Origin: Pseudomonadota bacterium
Lineage (GTDB): Bacteria > Myxococcota_A > Polyangia > Polyangiales > JAFGIB01
Length of the DNA stretch: 64,000 bases
Direction of reading: 5' to 3'
Assembly (NCBI GenBank): GCA_017881185.1
Contig: JADGRE010000003.1
Location: 344-64,343 of the forward strand
Shown here: piece after piece, positions 47,522 through 58,204 of the stretch
Layout: each line of letters starts with the position of its first letter
Numbering within the stretch: the first letter of the stretch is position 1
The notes under the pieces: model-generated
Seen by the model: only the letters and a program-made list of their open reading frames with translations
Database searches by the model: none
What the model was told of the DNA's origin: nothing
Made by a program: the position numbers and the translations under genes

Positions 47522-49188
47522 GCGCGCCAGCTCACCAGGCGGGCAGTGCGCTGACCGGCCACGCGGGCGCCGGCCTGCGGCAGCTCGGGCCGGTGGATAC
47601 GCTCGATACTGCGTTGAGCTTGCTGCGCAGTGCCAGGCCCACGCAGATCACCGGCAGCTTCGCAGCGGGCTTGCCGCTGGCGGCGGCGGTGGTGTCGGTC
47701 TACTACCTCGAGCGCGTCGAGGGCGTGCAGAGCTTGCGGCCGGCGCTGGCGTGCGCGCTGGTGGCTGCGTACCTGTGGCGTGCGCTCGCGCTCGGGCGCA
47801 TCGCGCGTGAGCTCGCGCTGGTGTTGCGGCCGGCGTTGCCAATGCCGAGCGATGCCGGTCGTCCTGTCGATGTCGCGTGCACCGCCGCGGTGTTCGGTTT
47901 GGGCGTGTGGCTATGGTCGTGGCCCATCGCAGCGCTCGCGAAGCTCTCGCCGTTCGCCGTCGCGGCGCTCTTGCCGGTGCTCGCCCTGCGCGGCGCCGTC
48001 GCACCTTCGTGGCTGGCGCGCGCGGCGTGTGCGCGCGAGCGTGGCTTTGCAGCACTGGGCCACGCGCTCGACGACACGCAGGGCGTGCGCGCGGTCATGC
48101 TGTTGGTCGAGGCGATGCTGCTCTTTGGCAGCCTGCTGTTGCTGGTGAACCTGTACGCGCTCATGGCCTTCAGCTTGATGGTGGCGAGCTCTCTGCTCGG
48201 TCTGGAGGTCGCATTCGTGTCGGCGTTCCTGTCGCCCGACAACGACGTGGTGCTGTTGACTTTGGCTGCCACCACCTTCGTGTTGATGGAACCGCTGCGC
48301 GCTGCCGTGTCCGCGCATGCGTTCTCCGACGCGCGTGGCCGTAAGGATGGCGCCGACCTGCACGCTGCGGTGGATGCGTTGATTGGCGCAGCAACGCCGG
48401 CTGCGGAGGGCGCGTCGCGGCGCGCGCTGCGCTACGGGGTGCTCTTGGTGGGTTTGTGCGTGGCGGGTGCGCAGCTGCCACGCACGGCGCACGCCGACGC
48501 TTCGCCCCCACCCGCAGCCACGCCGACCGCTGTGGCGAGCGCCAGTGAGAGTGCTCGCGACGAAGCGGTGCAGGCGACGGTGGAGAAGATCCTGCATCGC
48601 CAGGAATTCTCGGAGTTCGCCAAGAGCGACACGCGCTCGTTCTGGAAGTGGCTGCAGACCTATCTGGACAAGCTGCTGGCGGCCTCGGACAAAGACGAAG
48701 ACCGAGAGCACAGTGGCTGGAAAGTCTCGCTGCCCACGATCTCGCCGTGGCTGGTGATGGCGCTCGCGCTCCTGGTGCTGGCCTTCGCGGTGTTGTACGT
48801 GAACGCAGGCACCCGTCGCGAACGAGAGCGTCGCAACGCTGCGCCGGCAGCCCGCGCGGTCGTGCACCCGATCGAGCAGGCGCCCGCCGTGCTGCTCGAC
48901 GAAGCAGCGCTGCTGGCCGAGCAAGGCCGACTGCGCGAGGCGCTGCGTTCGCTCTACGTCGCCACGCTCGCCGCGCTCGACCGAGCACGCTTGATCCGCT
49001 ACGAGCCGGCCAAGACCAACGGTCAGTACCTGCGCGCCATGCCGAAGGGTCAGTTGCAGCTGTCGTTTACGGCCTTCACGCGCCTGTTCGACCACAAGTG
49101 GTACGGCCGCGAGGCGACCACGCGGGAAGACTACGAGCGCTGCCGGCAACTGGCGGACAGCATCTGCCAAGTCGAGCCACGGGCATGA
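47518..49188 (+). CDS. polytopic membrane protein with C-terminal DUF4129-like domain
   Basis: GTGA overlap with the B-box gene. There are multiple N-terminal TM segments. After a final TM helix (ISPWLVMALALLVLAFAVLYV) comes LREALRSLYVATLAALDRARLIRYEPAKTNGQYL...FTRLFDHKWYGRE, typical of DUF4129. Confidence 0.7.
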   Translation: MSAPAHQAGSALTGHAGAGLRQLGPVDTLDTALSLLRSARPTQITGSFAAGLPLAAAVVSVYYLERVEGVQSLRPALACALVAAYLWRALALGRIARELALVLRPALPMPSDAGRPVDVACTAAVFGLGVWLWSWPIAALAKLSPFAVAALLPVLALRGAVAPSWLARAACARERGFAALGHALDDTQGVRAVMLLVEAMLLFGSLLLLVNLYALMAFSLMVASSLLGLEVAFVSAFLSPDNDVVLLTLAATTFVLMEPLRAAVSAHAFSDARGRKDGADLHAAVDALIGAATPAAEGASRRALRYGVLLVGLCVAGAQLPRTAHADASPPPAATPTAVASASESARDEAVQATVEKILHRQEFSEFAKSDTRSFWKWLQTYLDKLLAASDKDEDREHSGWKVSLPTISPWLVMALALLVLAFAVLYVNAGTRRERERRNAAPAARAVVHPIEQAPAVLLDEAALLAEQGRLREALRSLYVATLAALDRARLIRYEPAKTNGQYLRAMPKGQLQLSFTAFTRLFDHKWYGREATTREDYERCRQLADSICQVEPRA

Positions 49189-50636
49189 AACGGCGCATGA
49201 AGCTTCTCGGTCGCGGCTTGCGTGTGCTCTGGGTGCTCTTCGCGCTCTCGCTCGTGGTGTTCGCGGTGCAGCGCGTGGCCGAGCGCGGGCGCTTCACTGG
49301 CGCGTACTCGAGCTACGGCGGCGGTCCGCGTGGCGCGCGCGCGTTGTACCTCTTGGCGCAGAGCCTGCGCGCGCAGCCTCGGCGCTGGGCGCAGGACCTC
49401 GCGCACTTGCCGACGCACGGCATGTTGATCGCGCTCGGTGGCTGTGACAGTGGCATGGCCCGCAAGGTGTCGCGCTACGAGCGTCAGGTGCTCGAACGTT
49501 GGGTGCGCGGCGGCGGCGTGCTGCTGGTGGCGGGCGCGCGGCACTACCTGCCCGACACACTCGGTGTGAGCTTCGAGGACGACCCTGCCTGCAAGCCACA
49601 CTTTGGTTTTGGCGGCAGCGAGACCACCGACGAGGCGGCGCGCGGACCGCGCATGCCTATGTTCGCGCCCACGCCGAGCGTGCTGCCCACGCCGCCGACA
49701 GCTGCAACGTCGCCGCGCGATGCCGGCGTGCTCGCTGAAGACACTGCAGCGGATGGCGGCGCGGACCCGGCGCTGCTGGCCGCCTCGCCGGGTGATAGCC
49801 CCGCTGCTGGCCGCAGCTCGCGCCGCGGTAGCCAGAGCACGCAGCGCTGGGCCATCCCCATGGCGCCGCCGCTGCTCGGCATGTCAATCGTCGCGTTCCG
49901 CCGGCCTGGCGTGCTCAAGCTCGACTCGGGCGTGAAGCACGCAGTGCTGCTGGCTTCGCCCACCGCGCCGGGTGCTGCGGGCGAGGCCGACGTAGCGCCG
50001 CTCGCCGTCGCCGTGCCGCGCGGCGCGGGCTTTGTGGTGGTGCTCGCGTCGGCGAGCATGTTCCAGAACCGCGATCTCTTGCAGAGCCAGGGCGGCGCAC
50101 TGTTCGCGCGTCTGTTGCGTGCGTACGCGCCGGCGGGGCCCGTGCTCTTCGACGAATACCACCTGGGCGTGGGCGAGCGGCGTTCGCTCATGCAGTACTT
50201 GCGGCAGGCGGGCGCCATGCCGGTTGCGTTGGGGCTGCTGCTCATCGCCGCGCTGCTCTTGTGGCGTGCAGGCGCTCGCTTCGGCGCGGTGCGTGGGCAG
50301 CTGACGGCGGCGCCCAGCGGCAGCGCTTCGTACGTGTCGGCGATGGCGCGGCTGTACCAAGCTGCGGGCGATCCAGCGGGCGCGCTCGACAGCATCGTGA
50401 AGCAGGCGCTCGCGCGCATCGCGAGCCACCACCACCTGGGCACTGCGCCAGCCGTCAAGCTCGAGCACGCGTTGCGCGAGCGCGCGGCCACGGTTGCGGC
50501 AGACGCGGTGGCAGAGATCGAGTCGTATCGCCGCCGCGTGGGCACGCAGCGTGGGCGGCTCGCCCAGCTGGTGCAACGCATCGACGCCGCGGTGGCGCGC
50601 GCCACCGTGAGCCCCGTCGCCCGGCTGCCCGGTTGA
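49185..50636 (+). CDS. DUF4350-like membrane-anchored protein
   Basis: ATGA overlap with the upstream gene. It has an N-terminal TM helix (VLWVLFALSLVVFAV) and then GARALYLLAQSLRAQPRRW...LERWVRGGGVLLVAG. A second TM helix sits near the C-terminal third. The family call is tentative. Confidence 0.65.
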   Translation: MKRRMKLLGRGLRVLWVLFALSLVVFAVQRVAERGRFTGAYSSYGGGPRGARALYLLAQSLRAQPRRWAQDLAHLPTHGMLIALGGCDSGMARKVSRYERQVLERWVRGGGVLLVAGARHYLPDTLGVSFEDDPACKPHFGFGGSETTDEAARGPRMPMFAPTPSVLPTPPTAATSPRDAGVLAEDTAADGGADPALLAASPGDSPAAGRSSRRGSQSTQRWAIPMAPPLLGMSIVAFRRPGVLKLDSGVKHAVLLASPTAPGAAGEADVAPLAVAVPRGAGFVVVLASASMFQNRDLLQSQGGALFARLLRAYAPAGPVLFDEYHLGVGERRSLMQYLRQAGAMPVALGLLLIAALLLWRAGARFGAVRGQLTAAPSGSASYVSAMARLYQAAGDPAGALDSIVKQALARIASHHHLGTAPAVKLEHALRERAATVAADAVAEIESYRRRVGTQRGRLAQLVQRIDAAVARATVSPVARLPG

Positions 50637-50689
50637 GGTAGGCAACGCTTGGGGCGGCCACGGCTTTCGCGCTACGCTGCGCCCAGCTC

Positions 50690-51645
<956 letters not shown>

Positions 51646-51649
<4 letters not shown>

Positions 51650-52959
51650 ACGCCTACCGGTTCATTCCGGGCAAGCGTTTGGCGCTGTACGTGGCGCTCG
51701 GGCTGCCGCTGCTCTTCTTGGGCGGCAGCGGTCGCTCGTGCGTGCTCTTGCTCGACGCCGGCCTCGCGCTCGGCGCCTGGCTCGAGGCCAGGGCGCTCGC
51801 GCGACGCCCCGTGCATGTCAGTCGCGAGCTCGATGCGCGCTGCCTCTTGGGTGTGAAGAACGCGGTCCGGCTCAAGCTGCACAACGCCAGCGCCGCCGCC
51901 ATCAGCGGCACGCTGCGCGACGACTTCCCGAGCGGCTGGCTCGCCACCCCGAGCGAGCTGCCCGTGTCGCTGCCGGCCTATGCACACCGCGAGCTCGGCT
52001 ACGCGCTGTGGCCACCGCGGCGTGGTCGCTACGAGCTGGGCGACTTGCACCTGCGCCTCGATGGCCAGTACGGCCTCGGCTCGGCGCTGATCACGCTGCC
52101 TGCGCGCGCCGAGGTGCGCGTGTATCCGAACCTGCGCGGTCCGCGGCGCTACGAGCTGGCTGCACGTCTGGGCGCGCTGCACAGCGTGGGCGTGCGCAAC
52201 GTGCGTAGGCTGGGCGGCGGCGGCGAGTTCGAGCAGCTGCGTGAGTATGTGCCCGGCGACCCGTTTCGCGATCTCGACTGGAAGGCCACGGCCAAGCGCT
52301 TGCGCCCGATCACGCGCGTGCTCGGCGAGCAGCAGAGCCAGACGGTGGTGGTGGCGCTCGATGCCGGTCGCATGATGGCCACGCAGCAAGGCGAGCTCAC
52401 CAAGCTCGATCACGCCATCAACGCCGCGTTGCTACTGGCCTTCGTGGCGTTGCGCTCCGGCGACAGGGTGGGCTTGGTGGTGTTCGCGGAGCAGGTGCAA
52501 GCCTTCGTGCCGCCGGGCCGCGGGCATGCTCAGTACCGGCGCATCTTGGACGCGCTCTACGCGGTGGAGGCGAGCCCGCTCTACGTGGACTTTCGCCGCT
52601 TGTCCGAGTTCGTGCGCTTGCGCGTGCCCAAGCGCGCCCTCTTGGTGATGTTCAGCGACCTGCTGGACGAGTCCCAGGCCATGCCGCTCGCCGTGGAGGC
52701 CGCGCGGCTGCGCGTCAAGCACCTGCCGGTGTGCGTGAGCATGAACGACGCCGTCACGGCCGCGCTGTCGCTTGCGCCCGTGCTCACGGATGAAGACGCC
52801 TACCAGCGTGCGGCCGCGGCCGACATCCTGGCCGATCGCGAGGCGGTGAAGACGCACCTGCTGAAGGCGGGCGTGGGCCTGGTGGAAGCGCCCGCGGGCG
52901 AGCTGGCGATTGCCACCGTCAACCGCTACCTCGAGATCAAGACGCGTCACGCCCTGTGA
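51646..52959 (+). CDS. DUF58 (vWA-like) protein, MoxR partner
   Basis: ATGA overlap with moxR. It has N-terminal TM segments, the DUF58 signature LREYVPGDPFRDLDWKATAKR, and a vWA-like core (VVVALDAGRMM...DRVGLVVF). Confidence 0.9.
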
Positions 52960-53063
52960 TCTGCGCTGCGCACCCGGGCACTTTTGGTGTTCGCGAGGTG
53001 CCACCCTGGCTGCCGATGTGGTATGCAGCCTGGGCCTGCCCTGAGGGCTCACCCGGAGCGTCT

Positions 53064-53717
53064 ATGTCGCGTTTGGCTCACGGTTCGCTGGTTACGCTGG
53101 TCATGCTCGCTGCGCTCGTGCAGCTGGGCGGTTGCACCAAGTCGCACGACGTGAACGCGCTGGGCGCCGCGCTCGGCCAAGACGCCGGCGCAGCTGGCGG
53201 CGGCGCGGGCACGCGTGCCACGGCGGATGGCGGGACCGACAGCGGCTCGATCAACACCGGTCGGGCGGGCAACGGCGGCGCGGGCATCGGTGGCCGTGCA
53301 GGCATCGGTGGCGGTGCGGGCATCGGTGGCCGTGCAGGCATCGGTGGCGGTGCGGGCACCGGTGGCGGTGCAGGCACCGGTGGCGGTGCAGGCACCGGTG
53401 GCGCCGGCTGCAACAACTGCATGCCCGCGACGGTCGCCGGCGTGTTGAACTTGCCCGCCTGCTGCGCGAAAGACTCCGCGGGCGCGCCCGTCTGCGGCCT
53501 CGACGTCTCGTCGCTCGGGATCAGCGGCGGCAACAGCTGTCTGCAGCGCAACGCGCCCGGCGCGATGGATACGACCTGTCCGAGCTCCAACCAGCAGTAC
53601 GTCACGCTGCCCGGCTGCTGCCGTCCGGACGGCAGCTGCGGTTCGCTCGACACGACCGTCGGTCTGGGCTGCACGCCCAACGCCGACGGCGCGAAGAAGT
53701 CCTGCACCCCGCAGTGA
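53064..53717 (+). CDS. lipoprotein: Gly-rich tandem-repeat tether + Cys modules (paralogue of 45170-46066)
   Basis: MSRLAHGSLVTLVMLAALVQLGGC|TK is a signal peptide plus lipobox. The tether has 6-aa repeats AGIGG(R/G)/AGTGGG. The C-terminus carries PACC-x9-CG-x13-C and PGCC-x5-CG-x10-C, sharing the CC...CG core with the 45170-46066 protein. Confidence 0.7.
   Translation: MSRLAHGSLVTLVMLAALVQLGGCTKSHDVNALGAALGQDAGAAGGGAGTRATADGGTDSGSINTGRAGNGGAGIGGRAGIGGGAGIGGRAGIGGGAGTGGGAGTGGGAGTGGAGCNNCMPATVAGVLNLPACCAKDSAGAPVCGLDVSSLGISGGNSCLQRNAPGAMDTTCPSSNQQYVTLPGCCRPDGSCGSLDTTVGLGCTPNADGAKKSCTPQ
53280..53402. repeat. 18-bp tandem repeat, ~6.8 copies (36-bp higher-order unit)
   Basis: GCGGGCATCGGTGGCCGT / GCAGGCATCGGTGGCGGT alternate for 4 units, followed by GC(G/A)GGCACCGGTGGCGGT for about 3 units. 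The array is in frame and encodes AGIGGR-AGIGGG-AGIGGR-AGIGGG-AGTGGG-AGTGGG-AGTGG. Confidence 0.9.
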
Positions 53718-53778
53718 CGCGCTGACCCGTCGGCATGCGCGGCATGCGCCAGTGGCGCGGGCTCGCTATGCTTGCCGG

Positions 53779-56574
53779 ATGAGTCGCAGCTTCACGGCCG
53801 CGAGCGCCTGGCTCGTGTGCCTGGTTTGCTTCGCCGTCGCGGCGCGCGCGCAAGACTTGGGCAACGCGCAGGCCGCGCTTGCCCGCGGCGACTACGCACC
53901 GGCCGAAGTCGCGCTGCGCACGCTGTCGGCCGCAGGCAGTGCGGACGTGTTCAGCGCGCGCCTACACCTGGCCCAGCTGCTGTGCGAGACGGGTCGCTAC
54001 GCGCAGTGCGCGCAGACCGCCGACAGCGTGGAGGCCGGCTCGCCTTTGCACCCGCAGGCCCTCACGCAGCGCGGCGAGGCGCTCGAAGCGGTGGGCAAGC
54101 TCGACGAAGCCGAATCGGCCTATCGACAAGCTGCGGCCGATGCACGCGCGTGGCGCGCCAGCGTGTGGCTCGGCCGCTTGCTCGTCTCGCGCGGTCGCAA
54201 GCGCGAGGCCACGCCGTTCTTCATGCGCGTGATCGACGCCTACAACCAGGATGCGCTCGGCGGGCCCGATCGCGCTGCGTCGTTGCAGTACGTCGCGATG
54301 GCCGCGCGCGCGCTGGGTCATCTGCAAGATGCCAACGCTGCCTTTCGGCAAGCTGCGGTCGCCGACCACAGCCGCGTGGAGACCCAGCTGCAATGGGCTG
54401 CGCTCTTCCTCGAGAAGTCTGACCGCAAGCACGCCGCGCAGAGCGTGCTCGATGCGCTGCAGCACAACCCGCACAACCCTACGGCCCACGTGCTGATGGC
54501 GCGCATGCAGCTCGCCCAGACCATGGACTTCGCCGAGGCCGACGCCGCGCTCGACCGTGCGCTGGCCGTGAACCCGCAGCTGACGGCGGCGTTCGTGACG
54601 CGCGCCGGCATGGCGCTGCGCAACATGGACCTCGCGGCCGCCGACGCGCAGCTCGACCGTGCGCTGGCGGTGAATCCGACCGATCTCGAAGCGCTGAGCG
54701 TGCGCGCCGCCGTGCGCTTCTTGGCCGACGACAGCGCCGGCCTCGCGCAGGCCGAGCAGGCCGTGCTCGCGCGCAACCCGCACTTCAGTCAGCTCTACAG
54801 CATCATCGCCGATTACGCCGAGTGGGAGCACCGCTACCCGGAGCTGGTCGCGATGTCGCGCAAGGCGCTGCTGCTCGACCCGAACGATACGCAGGCGCGC
54901 GCCACCCTGGGGCTCAATCTCTTGCGCATGGGCGATGAGCGTGAGGGCCTGGCCGAGCTCAAGCGTGCCTGGGAGGGCGACCACTTCAACGTGTTGGTCT
55001 TCAACACGCTCAATCTCTACGAGGACGCCATCGGGCCCAACTACGAGCGCTTCGAGGCCAAGCCCTTCAGCATCCGGCTGCACAAGCAGGAGCGCGTGGT
55101 GCTCGAGCCTTATCTCGTGCCGCTCTTGCAGCGCGCGTATGCCGACATGCGCACGCGCTACGCCTTCACGCCCGAGGGGCCGCTGTCGATCGAGCTGTAT
55201 GCCGAGCCGCAACACTTCTCGGTGCGCACCACGGGGTTGCCTAACGTGGGCGTGCAGGGCGTGTGCTTCGGCAAGGTCGTCACGGGTCTGTCGCCGCGCG
55301 GCGGACCGTACAACTGGGGGCAGATCGTCTGGCACGAGCTGTCTCACGTGTTCCATCTGCAGCTGAGCAAGAACCACGTGCCGCGCTGGTTCACCGAGGG
55401 TCTCGCCGAATACGAGACCACTACTGCGCGCCCCGAGTGGCGTCGCGAGGACGACTACTTGCTGTGGCAAGCCTTGCGCGCCAATCGCCTGCCGAGCCTG
55501 GGCGAGATGAACCAGGCCTTCACGCACGCGCACAAAGCCGAAGACTTGATGGCTGCGTACTATGCGGCCTCGCAGGCCGTGGCCTACGTCGTGCAACGCT
55601 TCGGTTGGGACAAGATTCGCCCGATGCTGGTTGCTTGGGGGCAGGGCCAGCAGACACCTGCTGTGGTGAAGGGCGTGCTCGGCGTGTCGTTGGACGAGCT
55701 CGACAAGGACTTCCGCGCGTACACGGCAGAGCGTCTTGCCAGCTACGCGTCGGAGTTCCAGGTGGACTTCGCCGCGTACGACGACGTCGCCGCGCGTGAG
55801 GCTGCAGCGACCAACGCGCCCGACGATCCTGCAGCACAGGCCGCGCTTGCGCTGGCGTATGTCGCGCACTCGCAGTGGGAGCAAGCGCTGGTGGCCGCGC
55901 GCAAGGCGCTGGCGCACGCGCCGCACGACACGCTCGCGCACTTCGCGCTGGCCCGCGTCGCGCTCGAGCAGCGCGATGTCGCGAAGGCGGAGCGCTGCTT
56001 GCGTGGCATCGTGGACGGCGGCGCCGATGGCTACGTGCTGCGCCTCATGCTTTCCCGCGCGGCACTGGCGCGCAACGATCTCGTCAGCGCACGCAGCGAG
56101 CTGGAGGCCGCCATCAAGCTCGAGCCCGAACGCCTCGAAGCGCAGCGCGGCCTGCTCGAGGTGGCCGAGCGCAGCAAAGACCAAGCACTGGGCCTCCGTG
56201 CCATTGCTGCCATCGCAGCGCTCGATCAGCACGACCGCGTGGTGCACGAAACGTTGGTCGCCGCATTGAGCCAGAACGAGAGTTGGCAGGAGCTGGTGAC
56301 CGAAGCCGAGACTACGTTGTACATCGACCCCGGCAACCCTGCGTTGCACTTTGCGCTCGGCCGCGCCTACGCCAACACCGGCGAGCCCAAGCGCGGCTTG
56401 GTGGAGCTCGATCGTGCGCTGCAGCTCGGCTACCCGCAGCCGGCGCCGCTGCAGCTGGCGCGCGCACGTGTGCTCGCGCAGCTGGGCGAGCACAAACAGG
56501 CCAAAGCCGCGCTGCGAGCCGCAGTAGACGCCGATCCGACGCTGGCAGCCCAGGCACAGGCCATCACGCCGTAG
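53779..56574 (+). CDS. secreted TPR-repeat protein with embedded HExxH (peptidase MA-like) domain
   Basis: The signal peptide is MSRSFTAASAWLVCLVCFAVAARA|QD. TPR blocks lie on both sides of a central domain that carries WHELSHVFHL (HExxH) and FTEGLAEYE (third-ligand Glu). Confidence 0.8.
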   Translation: MSRSFTAASAWLVCLVCFAVAARAQDLGNAQAALARGDYAPAEVALRTLSAAGSADVFSARLHLAQLLCETGRYAQCAQTADSVEAGSPLHPQALTQRGEALEAVGKLDEAESAYRQAAADARAWRASVWLGRLLVSRGRKREATPFFMRVIDAYNQDALGGPDRAASLQYVAMAARALGHLQDANAAFRQAAVADHSRVETQLQWAALFLEKSDRKHAAQSVLDALQHNPHNPTAHVLMARMQLAQTMDFAEADAALDRALAVNPQLTAAFVTRAGMALRNMDLAAADAQLDRALAVNPTDLEALSVRAAVRFLADDSAGLAQAEQAVLARNPHFSQLYSIIADYAEWEHRYPELVAMSRKALLLDPNDTQARATLGLNLLRMGDEREGLAELKRAWEGDHFNVLVFNTLNLYEDAIGPNYERFEAKPFSIRLHKQERVVLEPYLVPLLQRAYADMRTRYAFTPEGPLSIELYAEPQHFSVRTTGLPNVGVQGVCFGKVVTGLSPRGGPYNWGQIVWHELSHVFHLQLSKNHVPRWFTEGLAEYETTTARPEWRREDDYLLWQALRANRLPSLGEMNQAFTHAHKAEDLMAAYYAASQAVAYVVQRFGWDKIRPMLVAWGQGQQTPAVVKGVLGVSLDELDKDFRAYTAERLASYASEFQVDFAAYDDVAAREAAATNAPDDPAAQAALALAYVAHSQWEQALVAARKALAHAPHDTLAHFALARVALEQRDVAKAERCLRGIVDGGADGYVLRLMLSRAALARNDLVSARSELEAAIKLEPERLEAQRGLLEVAERSKDQALGLRAIAAIAALDQHDRVVHETLVAALSQNESWQELVTEAETTLYIDPGNPALHFALGRAYANTGEPKRGLVELDRALQLGYPQPAPLQLARARVLAQLGEHKQAKAALRAAVDADPTLAAQAQAITP

Positions 56575-56617
56575 AGGCCAAACCACCGACCTCGGCTTTT
56601 TGCTACGCTTGGCGTCG

Positions 56618-58195
56618 ATGCGCGTACCCGTCCGGCTCTCGATCCCTCGGCGGATCTTCCTCGGGTTCGCGCTCGTGCTCAGTGCCAGCGCTCTGGTCTC
56701 CGTGGTCAGCTTCGTGCAACACGAGCGCACGGCCGGAGCGCTCTCGCTGTTGCACGAAGGTTACTTGCCGCTCGAGCTCACCGTGAGCGAAGCGCGTGCC
56801 ACGCAGTCGGTGTTCAACAACCTGCTCGACCGGCTGCTCACCGAGCGCGACACCGCCGCCACGCGCACCTGGCTCAACGCGGCGCGCAAAGGCCGGCCGC
56901 AGACCTTCAAGCAAGCCCGCGACAAGATCGACCAGATCCACGCCATGGTGCCGTGGGACACCGAAGGCGCGGCGCTCGTGCGTGTGCAGCGCGGCCTGCG
57001 TCGCGTGCAGTCGATGACCGCGCAGGGCGATAAGCGCTACGACGAGCTGTACGCGGCGCTCGAAGCGGGCGACCGCCCGAGCGCCGAGCGCATCTTGGCC
57101 GACCTGCGTGCGCGCGAGCGTTCCATCGATAACGAGTGGCGGCGCATGTGGGGCGAGATTGTCGCGCGCATCGAGGCCACCAGTCGGCGCGTCAGCGCGC
57201 AGCAAGAGCAAGCCATCACCGTGCTGTGGGCGCTTGCGGCGATGGCGCTGCTGGTGGGCGTGATCGTCGCGTGGTGGTCGCAGCGCGTGCTGTCGCCGCT
57301 GCCGCGCTTGCAAGAACGCGTCGAGGCGGTCGCGCGTGGCGAGCTTGCAGAGCGCCTGGGCCCCACGACCGACGACGAGATCGGTCGGCTCGCGCAGGAG
57401 TTCGAGCGCATGGTCGCCGCGCTCGTGGCGCGCGAAGAGAGCTTGCGCGAAGCCCAGACACGTCTCTTGCAGAGCGAGCGGCTGGCCGCCATCGGTCGCA
57501 TGGCCGCGCACGTCAGTCACGAAGTGCGCAACCCGCTGTCCAGCATCGGTCTCAACGTGGAGCTGCTCGAAGAAGAGCTGGTCGATGCGGGCCGCGAGAC
57601 CAAAGACTTGCTCGGCGCCATCCATCGCGAGATCGACCGCCTGCGCGCTGTCACCGAAGAATACCTGCGCGTCGCGCGCCTGCCGAACCCGCGCCTCGAG
57701 CCCGAGTACCTCGGCGATGTCATCGATGGCACGGTGCAGCTGATGCGCGCCGAGCTCAACGGCGCGTCGGTCGTGCTCGACGTACAAGTCGCGCCCGACT
57801 TGCCGCTCGTCGCCATGGACGAAGCGCAGATCCGTCAAGTGCTGATCAACCTGCTCAAGAACGCGCGCGAGGCCATGTTGAGCGGCGGCCGCATCCGCCT
57901 GACAGCTGTGCGTGCAGGCGATGGCGTCGACCTCACGGTGCAGGATCAAGGCGTGGGCATGGACGCCCAGACCAAAGAGCGCATCTTCGATCTCTTCTAC
58001 ACCACCAAGCAGCGCGGCAGCGGCTTGGGTCTTCCCCTCACCCAACAAATCGTGGTAGCGCACGGCGGCCAAATTCGCTGCGAGAGCACGCCGGGGCAGG
58101 GGACCGTATTCACACTGCATTTTCCCGCGGCCAAGCCCGAAGCACAGGCCGCACCCGAAGCCCACGAAGTATCCGAGACCGTGGCGGAAAGCTAG
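56618..58195 (+). CDS. sensor histidine kinase (2 TM, HAMP, HisKA, HATPase_c)
   Basis: TM1 is IFLGFALVLSASALVSVVSFV and TM2 is VLWALAAMALLVGVIVAWW. Downstream are a HAMP domain, the H-box AAHVSHEVRNPLSSI, the N-box LINLLKNAREA and the G-boxes DQGVGMD and GSGLGL. There is no adjacent response regulator. Confidence 0.9.
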   Translation: MRVPVRLSIPRRIFLGFALVLSASALVSVVSFVQHERTAGALSLLHEGYLPLELTVSEARATQSVFNNLLDRLLTERDTAATRTWLNAARKGRPQTFKQARDKIDQIHAMVPWDTEGAALVRVQRGLRRVQSMTAQGDKRYDELYAALEAGDRPSAERILADLRARERSIDNEWRRMWGEIVARIEATSRRVSAQQEQAITVLWALAAMALLVGVIVAWWSQRVLSPLPRLQERVEAVARGELAERLGPTTDDEIGRLAQEFERMVAALVAREESLREAQTRLLQSERLAAIGRMAAHVSHEVRNPLSSIGLNVELLEEELVDAGRETKDLLGAIHREIDRLRAVTEEYLRVARLPNPRLEPEYLGDVIDGTVQLMRAELNGASVVLDVQVAPDLPLVAMDEAQIRQVLINLLKNAREAMLSGGRIRLTAVRAGDGVDLTVQDQGVGMDAQTKERIFDLFYTTKQRGSGLGLPLTQQIVVAHGGQIRCESTPGQGTVFTLHFPAAKPEAQAAPEAHEVSETVAES

Positions 58196-58204
58196 ACGAC
58201 AACC

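Noticed and set aside
53280-53402. CRISPR-like appearance of the short tandem arrays (18-bp array here, 10-bp array at 40471-40520).
   Set aside because: The units are directly abutting with no spacers and are too short. One array is in frame within a CDS, and there are no cas genes in the window.
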